From contig NC_068982.1 of NCBI RefSeq assembly GCF_001194135.2, positions 67,790,430 to 67,854,429 on the forward strand: DNA of 64,000 nucleotides. Reading direction: 5' to 3'. Positions 54,021 through 64,000 of this stretch are shown here, in pieces (the stretch's first letter is position 1; every line of letters starts with the position of its first letter). The notes under the pieces were generated by a model. The model had not been told where the DNA came from and did no database searches. It worked only from the letters and a program-made list of their open reading frames with translations. Both the position numbers and the translations under genes were made by a program. This DNA is from Octopus bimaculoides. Lineage: Eukaryota.

Positions 54021-56071
54021 CTTCATTGAATTTTTCTATATACTTATGAATTCAAACATTCAAAATTTACTTTTTCCTTAAAGAAAAAAGGCATGTTTTT
54101 TTCTTCTTTTTTTTTTTACGAGAAATAAATTTGAACTTGTGTCATTCGTGCATTTCTTAAAAGTATTATTACTGAAATTGCTTCCAGCTATATTATATAT
54201 ACACTGTCTAAAATGTAAAATCTAACACTGTTATGTATCCCTCTATTTTCAAGCATATTAATGTAAACTGGAGGTTGACTGAGAATCTAACTATAATTCG
54301 TGTCACAAGATTGTGTGTGTGTGTGTGTGTTAGATGACTTTATGTGTTCAAGTGTTATTTCGTGCTAAGAAAAGTATCAAATTTACGTAATTCAAGAAAA
54401 TATGCTTCAATATAATTTTAAGTTTAAAAGCAACTAAAAAGAACATACAGGTTGGATAACCGAGTGAATGTGGCTTTTGAATATATTCGAACCCTATTAG
54501 AATATACAAAGAAAAAACTCGATAGTACAGGTGCACAATTATATAGACAACTTTTTTTGCGAGGTTTTTCTCTTTATCTTCTGATTATATAACATCACGC
54601 ATTTTCTTCGCTGTTATTGTTGAACACCTGAACGTTCGAATCCCATATGATCCTCATTGTTATATTCTTTCGTGTCGAAAAATATTTCCAAAGTTTTTGT
54701 TCTGTTTGTTTCCATTATTTCATATTTATAAGACTTGTTAGAGCGTCGTGAAGGATGATTTGTTCTTTATAGTCTGAGTTCGGATCGCAGAGCTCAGCAT
54801 TGCCTTTCAAGCGCAGTTGTCGTCAGTATTGTCTAATCCTCTCTCCTCAAAATTACTGGTTTTCTACTAAAATTAGAAACCCATCCCTGGGGTATTTTTC
54901 CTTGTCCCAAAGTATTCTTGCAACTGTCTCTTAAATAATTGACGTAAAATAAACGTCAAGAACATTCGGTTATATCAATTCCATAATATAATCCGAATAT
55001 GATAATGATGCATTATCTCTTTGATAATCATGAGAGGCATTACTTTCCAGACATCTTTCAGTAAAGGTGATATAACAATGAAAATTTGGTCATTATATCT
55101 CTTGACTTAGAATTTTGAAATTTTTTTTGTTCAATAAATAATGTTGATCTATTTTAACATTAAATATCTAAATAAAATGTTGGCTCCTGACATAAAGGAC
55201 AAAGCCATACTTAAGAGGGGAAGCCTATTTGATCGAGTCCATATTTCACCTGTACATATTTTATCAACCATATAGGATGAAAAGTAAAGCTGACGGCGAA
55301 GGAATCGCTACAAACGAATTTAAATCCCCCAAGGAATACTTTACAAATTTCTAACCAAAACTGCTGTCCATTAAATTAAATATTCATATTTTAATTGTTA
55401 AAAGTAACGCCAAACAAATGTCTAGTGCAAAATGTGATCTGAAGTTGGTGTTACCTGCTGCAATAACAGGACCGCATGCTTTTTACTCGTTGACTTGGAT
55501 TACGGCCATGCTGGGTATCACCTTCAGAGATTTAGTCAAAGTACTCTTAGGTTTGGTTCTTATTCTATCGATATATTTTACAGAACTACGTTACAGCGCT
55601 TTTGAAGCATTGGTAGGGAAAACTCAAGACACACACACACATACAGTGGTGCTCCAGCATGGCCGCAGTCAAAGGAGTGAAACAAGTAAAGGAATAAAAG
55701 AAAGAATATATATATGTATATATATATTTTCTTTTACTTGATTCAGTCATTTGCCTGCGGCCATGCTGGAGTACCGCCTTTAGTCGAACAAATTGACCCC
55801 AGGACTTATTCTTTGTAAGCCTATTAGTTAATGTATCGGTTTTTTGCCGAGCCAATAAGGGATGTAAACACACCAGCATCGGTTGTCAAACACAAATACA
55901 CACACACATATATACAACGGGCTTCTTTCAGTTTCCGTCTAACAAATCAAATTACAAGGCTTTGATCGGCTCGAGACTATAGTAGAAGACACTTATCCAA
56001 GGTGCCACGCAGAGGGAATGAATCCGGAACCATGTGGTTGGGAAGCATGCTTCTTACCACGCAGCCACTCT

Positions 56072-56109
<38 letters not shown>

Positions 56110-57567
56110 TATGCATATATATATATATATATGTGTATATACGTATATATANNNNNNNNNNNNNNNNNNNNNNNNNNNNNNNNNNNNNNNNNNNNNNNNN
56201 NNNNNNNNNNNNNNNNNNNNNNNNNNNNNNNNNNNNNNNNNNNNNNNNNNNNNNNNNNNNNNNNNNNNNNNNNNNNNNNNNNNNNNNNNNNNNNNNNNNN
56301 NNNNNNNNNNNNNNNNNNNNNNNNNNNNNNNNNNNNNNNNNNNNNNNNNNNNNNNNNNNNNNNNNNNNNNNNNNNNNNNNNNNNNNNNNNNNNNNNNNNN
56401 NNNNNNNNNNNNNNNNNNNNNNNNNNNNNNNNNNNNNNNNNNNNNNNNNNNNNNNNNNNNNNNNNGTGTATATATATGCATATCAGGGTACAGGACGTTA
56501 GAACAATGACCTACAGACAACGGAACGAACACATAGGAAAACGGAAAGCTACTTGGAATATCCATTCATCAGCTGTCTCTATTCTAACTAGACGTTTCGA
56601 AGATAAGACAGAACGTACTCTAGAATAGTCTCTTCCTGAGTAGTGGATCAACCCACTACACAGAGGATTCCAAGGTGCAAACACAAACCAAGACAGGAAA
56701 AATTGGACAGTGAAAACAACATTCAAAAGCCGTACGGCCAAACGCGAATCTGAGGTAGAACGCTAGTAGTTCGTCTTGCCTTCACAGCGGCTGGAGTGAA
56801 AAAAAGTTGACCACATGTCACACGAGAGCAGAGAGGATGGTGGAGAGAGGAAGTGGAACAAGGAGGAAGGGACAGAAGGGTATAGCAGTGAAGTAGAGGC
56901 CAGGACAGAGGGATAGATAGAAAGATAGAGGAAGACAGATAGATAAATAGATAGAAAGATAGATAGATAGACAGATAGATAGATAGATAGATAGGTAGAA
57001 AGATAGAGTCACGTCAGAATGATAAAGTAGACTTACTTGCAAAAAAGGACGTGTGCGTTCAATAATGTAATAATACAAAGAATATCTAAACATGTATACA
57101 CACATATATGTATATAAACAAAACAAAAAATGGAGCAAAAACGTAACCAGCGACAACAAAACGTCAGGACAGTTAAACGAAACAAGGAAGGGCAGGAAAA
57201 AAACAAGGATAGGAAAAAACAAGGACGGGTCAATTAGTGCTTTCTATCGTCAGTTGAGTTCCAGATTATCCGTGCAGTTTCGGCCGGTAACCCACAAGAT
57301 TGCTCCAGTCTGGCCGGCCTCAAACAATCTAAGCTAAGAGCATTAGATTCTTTTGAAGAAAATAAGCGAAAGTAAACGAAACAAGTGCGAAAAAAATACG
57401 GAGAAATGTTACACAATTACAAATACAAACAACTTAATATATGTATATATGTGTATGTATATATGCATATGTGTATATGTATATGCCTATGAATATATGT
57501 ATATATATATATCTATGTATATATATATGTACAAATATATATTTATATATATATATATATGTACGTA

Positions 57568-57655
<88 letters not shown>

Positions 57656-58563
57656 GGTGTGTTTGTATATATGTGTATCTATAATACATTAAAAATCAGT
57701 TTGAATCTTGCTTGCTTACTTGCTGACTTACTCAGGCAAACTGGCGTATAATGGGAAAATCTATGAATTAAGTTACCTTGAAATGTTAATACGAACGGTG
57801 TGAAACAAGTTTTGCGTAAATAGGGGCAGTAGTTATTGAGATATTCATGATTTGGTGGGTATATATACTCAAATACTCAAAACGGTGTATAATGAGAAAA
57901 TGTTCCGAATACAACTTCACCCTGAAAGGGAAGAAACTCTAGCCTTTCGATTAGACAGTGATTTGACAACGAAAACATTAAATGATTCTAGTTTCGCTTT
58001 TGTTAAACACAATATGTTAATATAATTTAAAAATATGTTCAAGTGAATGTGATTTCAAAAATGTAAGTTGTTTGTGCACTAAGTATTTATACTTTAGCTT
58101 TCTTTGAGCAGACAACAATTATTTTCAAGTGAATACCATTACAAAAAGTTTTTTGACATATTTGAAAAATATTTTATAATGAAAATGACTTTAAAAATAC
58201 GGTAAATATTTCGTTCGTAACCTCGGTATGAAATAGCTTTTTCCAAAAGGTTTTTTTCTTCGAGTGCATTCAACGTATCTCACCTCCAAAGATTTGGCTG
58301 CTATTTCTAGTACGCCCAGCTATCACGTAACAGCTCTTTGCCATAAAGAACCCAAAATACCTGTTACGTGGTCGCAGGGCGCGCAAGAAATAGCAGCCAA
58401 ATCATTCCTTTTCTGGGGGAAAGGACCCGATTACGCTTGATTTCAATGTCACAATCGTTGAAAGCATGCGAAATAACCTGAAAAAGTAATAAAACTCGCG
58501 AAACAAAACTCGGTTGCTGGGAAACTCAGAGTTTCTCAGTGACCCGACGGTTCACGAGTAGAC

Positions 58564-58604
<41 letters not shown>

Positions 58605-58953
58605 CTAACTTGGGAATGGATGCGTGGCGTTCAATCAAATATACTTAGTAAGGTAGAGGCGATGGGAGGGGGGCAGAAAGAATTAAGTTTAGCGTTATTA
58701 TCCGTGATTACATTAGTGAGTGAGTTTAATATTTATGACAAAGTACCGCTTTTGTGGGTAACAAGGATCATCTACCACTCCAAGAATATATGATAATCAA
58801 AGCTGGCGACAAAAGTAAATACTAACAAGCACCCTACTAACTCAGACTTCGTCTGGTATAACCGATATCCAGTTTAATAGTGTACGGTTTACCGATGGCT
58901 TACTGTACTTCATTTAAAGTTACTTAATCTAAATAACTACATGCATTAGATTC

Positions 58954-59036
<83 letters not shown>

Positions 59037-59952
59037 CTCTCACACACACACATATGCTGTTTGCTTTTGATGCCCGTAAACCTCTAACTAAACGCATTGA
59101 TTTGATTCTTTTATTTTTTCAGATTAAATATAACTTTCATTTGATCTTAGACCACGTCCTCTGGAATATATTTTGTACTCACATGAGCTAAAATGAAATA
59201 TTGTAACATTCAGTCCTTTCCTATTAACGTAAAAGGTTTAATGAGCATAATGAAAATGTTTGAATGCGCAATGAAGTCAGGAGTTTAACATTTTCCTCTT
59301 GCAAACTAGAATCTTCTGGTTTCTGAAACTTCCATAGTGATAGAGAAATTATTGATCTCATTAATAAATACAAACGATATGATTTAGTTTTACTGTTTAT
59401 TTTAACAGAGGAATGTTAGGATATATTTAAATCTGTCGGTGTTGAAATAACCTGAAAAGAACAAAAAATACCGATTAGGTTACTACATAAATCAGCGTGC
59501 TTAAGAAAGCCTAAAAGCAATTTATTTATTATAATTAATCTGCAGTTTTAAGCTGTGTAAAAAAAAAAGAAAAAGAAAAAAAGGCAGATGTAAAAAACAC
59601 TTATTTTCACATACAGAAAAATAGATTATTCTAGCTGGTATATGGTTCTGTTTACCACTCATAATAAAGAAAAAGATACTTTTTTACACAAAGAGAACAT
59701 TTAACATCCGCTATTTATTGCAAAAAACAAACCAGAACTTAACTACAATGCCTAGACTAATTTGCATACCCGAGTTCTTCGGCTGCGAGACTGAATAATT
59801 ATTGTATTGCTTCAGTCATTAGACTGTGGCCATGATAAGGGTATCATGTTGAAGGATTTAATCTAACAAATCGTCTCCAGTACTTATTTTTTAGTCAGGT
59901 ACTGATTCAACAGGCGGAATTATTGCTGAACATCTAAGTTTTGAGGAAAAAG

Positions 59953-60000
<48 letters not shown>

Positions 60001-61720
60001 TGTGTGTGTGTGTGATAGATTTCCACACAACTTCCGTCTATCAAATTCATTCACAGGGTTTTGGTTTATAATCCAAGACACTTTCCCAAAGTACCGCGCA
60101 GAGGAACAGAACCCGAAACCGCATGGTTGCAAAGTAGGCTTCTTAGCAATGCAGCCATGTCTGTGCCTAATAGATATTTATTTACAGTTCAACATGTATT
60201 AAACTAAGGCATGTTTCAAGTAGCTAAACTACATTTTAGTTTTTTTTACCTTGAAACCCTACACAGATGTAATTATATGTAATTAAATGCATGAGGAATT
60301 CATAATTACTAGTCGCAATGAACAAAATTTATTAGAAAAACCGTTATGAGGTAAAATGTTACGAAATTTCCTGTCAGTAAGGGAGTAACGCTTCAGCTAT
60401 AAGAATAAAGAATATATTTCTAAACTCAATGTTTACTTCCAAAGGCGGTGAGCTAGCAGAAACGTTATATCTCCCTGGTTAAAATTGTTAACTGTATTTC
60501 GTCTGTGTTTACGTTTTTGAGTTCAAATTTCGCCGAGGTTGACTTTAACGTACAAATTATTTCATCAAATTTTTTTAAACTAAACTCTTTCAAACTTCCG
60601 ATACTGGTACAATGTGTCACATAGAACAGGGTTTACTCTTAACGTTTTTGAAAACATTTCGTATTTTAGAAGCGGTGTTTCGTCTGTCTTTACGTTCTGA
60701 GTTCAAATTCCTTCGAGGTCGACCTTGCCTTTCATCCATTTCGGATCTATTCAATTAGACGTACAGATTATCTAATTATTTTTTTTTTAAACTAAACACT
60801 TTCAAACTTCTGATACTGGTAGAATGTGTCACATAGAACAGAATTTACTCTTAACGTTTTGGACAAAATTTTGTATTTAGAAGTTATTTCGTCAGAAGTT
60901 ACAGAGTGACGATGGAAACATTCGTGTTTGATAAGTGCCAATACACGAAACTCTCAGCTTTTGACTTACTCTCTAACTTCTGCCGATGATATATATACAT
61001 ATTACATATATGTGTAAAAAAATCCCATCACCTGGTCCCTCGACACGCTAAAATAGCAGCCAAAGTATCGCCCTACCTAAATCACACGCCCATTGTATGT
61101 AATGTTCTAGATTATCCCTAAAAAGACAGTTTGCTGAAGGCTGGAATGTCTTTGATGATACGTTTGCAGTATCAGTGTTGATTTGAGGCTAAATAACAAC
61201 GACATTATGGTCAATTTCTATATTAACACTCACACGAGTTTCACTAAGCAAAAAAAATTTGATTTTTGCGTGGAATCAAATACCCTGACCTTCAAATATG
61301 CTGCGAATCCCTTATTTTGGTTCGGAAAAACTTAGGTGGGGGTCCCCCTATCCCAGAATCATTGGAAATATTTTTCGTTGAATGAATTCCTGTGGCCTCC
61401 TAATATTGCAAAAGTAGGTTACTTAAGGTGAGCCTGGTAATTGATGGTTTTGTGGTCATGTTGTTTGTAACTTATGGTGAGCCATGGTGCAACCAACAAC
61501 ATGGTAAAATTCCCTGCCATTAATTTGGTGTGGATAGGTAATATCAAATAATTCAATCGCAACATACATTTAAATTAAACATGAAAAATATTGAAATATT
61601 ATCATCACTTACATGGAAAAATTGAAATATTATCTTTCAGTATTTTATAAGGTAAAATCTTGAATTACTAATTGACACATTATTAATTATCTTATAACAG
61701 CAATGCCTGGAAAAATCATA

Positions 61721-62231
61721 GATTGCATGGAAAAATGTGAGCATGAAAAGTAATATTCTTAAGATTATAAACCTGGAAAGGTACAGGACAAGTTATTAAA
61801 CCTGTAAAAGTATAGGACAAACTATTACTTCAAGTAAAATAAAGAATAAGAAACATTTTACTTAAAATATTGCAGCTAAAATTAAAATTTGAATATTAAA
61901 AATTATTTTATTATAGTTTACAAATAACACTATACTTATTTAAGTAGAATTTGGCTAATTTACTACCTTAAATACAGAAAAAAGTGACTAATTAGACAAA
62001 CTTACAAATTAGCTGAACAGTTTTGTATAATAAATTTAAAAGATGAGAACTGTAAAGAGTGATAAATTAGAAGAACTGGCATTCTTTGCTGCAATATTTT
62101 AAGTAAAAAGTTTCTTATTCTTTATTTTACTTGAAGTAATAGTTTGTCCTATATTTTTACTTGTCCTGTACTTTTCCAGGTTTATAATCTTAAGAATATT
62201 ACTTTTCATACTCGCACTTTTCCATGTAATA
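61721..62231. mobile_element. Foldback/MITE-like element with about 150-bp inverted arms
   Basis: 61724-61876 (gcatgaaaagtaatattcttaagattataaacctggaaag...cttaaaatattgcagc) is the near-perfect reverse complement of 62089-62228 apart from one indel of about 11 bp. AT-rich spacer of about 210 bp, flanked by cata/cata (61717-61720, 62232-62235). Confidence 0.8.
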
Positions 62232-63523
62232 CATAAATGTGTAATGGTGTCTGTCTGTATGTGTGTTTGGGGTTACTCTAACTCCACCCACACCGTCCAA
62301 CCGATTTTAATGATTTGGGGTACATAGGTAGATCACATGCCCTAAACTTCAAATAAGGCCGGAACTTTTCAAAAACTCGATAATGCTCAGTTGGCATCGA
62401 TTTTTGTGAGCTCAATCGGACGTTTCAATGGAAATTTCCATAACGATGTTATTTTTCCTGCGGCTTTTGCATATTTTGTCCGATTTTGATTAAATTAGAG
62501 GAGTGAGAGAGGTTCATGGCAGTGAGAGTTGATGTCAGTAATGGCGTTGACAAAAGAATCGATAGGTTTGCCTGAGCAGTGGTTTTATAAAATCAATAGG
62601 CCGTAATTTTTATATTTTCTATCCGATTTTAATGAAATTTGAGATGTAAATAAATTTTGTGGTGGAAGAGATGGTAAAGGTGCTTATTTAATTCAAAATG
62701 GCTTGAAAAAGGCACAAATGAAAATAAGCACATTTCCTTAGAGACATCCTTGTCGATTTTGTAGAAATTTTACACGTGATTGCAGTTCATGTTCATTAGT
62801 TGATTCCAGCATCAAGAGCTGACAAAAAAAAAATCGATAATTGCACGTGAGCGGGGTATTTTATGAAATCAATAGGTCTTTGTATGCAATTAACCATAGG
62901 ATTAATATTTTATGCTGTAACTTTTACAGAATTCATCCGGTTTTGATGAAATTTGACATTTAATTAAAGTTTATGGTCGGAGTCATGTAATAGAATTAAA
63001 ATTAAACTGGTGAAAAGCAGAAATCGTCAAAATTCTCTCACAATAAAAATAATGAACTGATTTTGAAGAAAATTGACCCATGAGTAAAATTAAGCACCTC
63101 GACATAAGAAACATCGATTATTCATATAATGAATTAGGATTTAAAAGTCAATAGGATATTCTCATGTGAATGGGTCATATGGATTCTATTTTATGACACA
63201 ACCTTAACACTTTTCTTCGGATTTTGCTGAGATTGGACACGCTGATCAATTTTGTACAGAGAGTGGCATTAAGGGGAGAAAAATAGATAATCGTCACTCT
63301 CAACGGGTCCAGGTACACCCAAACGTTTGACTGCGGTTATAGAGACGGTCCAGTATGTAGGAGTGTGTCAAAATCGTTAACCGGGTAAAATCCCTACTGA
63401 ACCAGATATAACGTCTCATTGGATAAAAGTTGACACGAGGAACGTAGAACATTTCAATACAAGGTCAGAGATGGGCTTAACTTCAACACGGAAAACACGA
63501 GCAATGCCGGGTCAAACAGCTAG
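62232..63523 (+). mobile_element. Non-autonomous Helitron-like (DINE/HINE-type) element with internal degenerate repeats
   Basis: 5' tgtctgtctgtatgtgtg...accgtccaaccgattttaatg. A recurring ccgattttaatgaaatttg-like core at 62301, 62480, 62623, 62753, 62937, 63057 and 63218. 3' end gagcaatgccgggtcaaacagCTAG|T. Confidence 0.65.
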
Positions 63524-63541
63524 TTAATATATAAAGCCATA

Positions 63542-63547
63542 TTTAAT
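63542..63547 (-). terminator. Candidate polyadenylation signal (ATTAAA) of the peptide gene
   Basis: tttaat on + reads ATTAAA on -, 28 nt after the stop codon. Confidence 0.45.
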
Positions 63548-63575
63548 TTCATCAGATACGTTACCCTGTAAAGTT

Positions 63576-63854
63576 TCAGCCTGCCACATTTCCAGCTTTG
63601 ATAACTCGACAATTACGTATTCCATAGCAAGGGCTTCTTGTAGTGGTTACGCGATACTTAGGTCTTCGAACAAGACGTTTTTCTCTGTTAGAAAATACAG
63701 CACTGCGTTTTTCTAGAGAGAAAGCATCACGAAGACCTCCAGCTCTAGACAGGTTATCTTCGTACAAAATTTCACTTCTTGCAATGCAAGTCTCCAGAAG
63801 CCCAACCAAGAGGACTGCATAAATTAAACAGACAATTCTAACCATGTTGAACAT
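63576..63854 (-). CDS. Secreted pre-pro-peptide precursor (signal peptide, KR-cleaved propeptides, cationic 2-Cys C-terminal peptide); family unknown
   Basis: MFNMVRIVCLIYAVLLVGLLETCIA-RSEILYEDNLSRAGGLRDAFSLEKR-SAVFSNREKR-LVRRPKYRVTTTRSPCYGIRNCRVIKAGNVAG*. Hydrophobic N-terminus ending C-I-A and two dibasic KR sites. The second ATG (63845) lies in AACATGG Kozak context. TATA box upstream and ATTAAA downstream. Confidence 0.75.
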   Translation of the reverse strand: MFNMVRIVCLIYAVLLVGLLETCIARSEILYEDNLSRAGGLRDAFSLEKRSAVFSNREKRLVRRPKYRVTTTRSPCYGIRNCRVIKAGNVAG

Positions 63855-63858
63855 AATT

Positions 63859-63887
63859 ACTGTTGTCTATTTCAACTCGCTTTTATA
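63859..63887 (-). promoter_or_regulatory. Core promoter of the peptide gene: TATA box plus Inr-like site
   Basis: The minus strand reads gcTATAAAAgcgagttgaaatagacaACAGTaattATG. TATAAAA occupies 63887-63881, 26 nt upstream of the A of CAGT (63861), which is canonical spacing. Confidence 0.6.
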
Positions 63888-64000
63888 GCATTGATTCAGT
63901 CATTGTTCTGTCGCATATTAATGTTATGCACCTGTTTGGCTGCAATTTTATTAATCCTTTGCTATACCCACGTGCGCTCAGTAAGCAATGTTAAAACAGC

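Noticed and set aside
51346-62245. Shared 14-mer cataaatgtgtaat at the Helitron 3' end (51346) and at the start of the Helitron-like element (62232)
   Set aside because: An AT-rich 14-mer match is expected by chance in a window of this size, and the two positions are at opposite element ends.
63600-63635. CYGIRNC resembles cephalotocin (CYFRNCPIG-amide), suggesting a vasopressin/oxytocin-family gene
   Set aside because: The ring has 5 rather than 4 residues between the cysteines, there is no PxG-GKR tail, the motif is not directly after the signal peptide, and there is no neurophysin domain.

Overview
AT-rich, microsatellite-dense animal genomic scaffold with many N gaps. The repeat content resembles octopus/cephalopod genomes; this is an inference from tRNA-derived SINE families and extreme (CA/TA/CATA)n load, and the species is not confirmed. 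Host genes I can support: (1) two in-phase exons of a coiled-coil + fibrinogen C-terminal domain (FReD/angiopoietin-like) gene on + (3707-4151, 9358-10007); (2) a 4-finger C2H2 zinc-finger ORF or terminal exon (53661-54020); (3) a compact intronless secreted pre-pro-peptide gene on - (63576-63854) with TATA box, Inr-like site, Kozak context and ATTAAA signal. The third gene would release a cationic 32-aa single-disulfide peptide and is the most interesting item in the window. The rest is decayed mobile DNA: RLE-type (R4/Dong-like) LINE copies joined to (CATA)n, a nested Penelope-like element, a near full-length degenerate Helitron, a Chapaev-like transposase remnant, a DD37D-type Tc1/mariner remnant, an 8-bp-TSD MITE carrying a telomere-repeat hairpin, a ~510-bp foldback, a non-autonomous Helitron-like element and about 20 SINEs. 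Most ORFs in the supplied track are microsatellite or N-gap artefacts.
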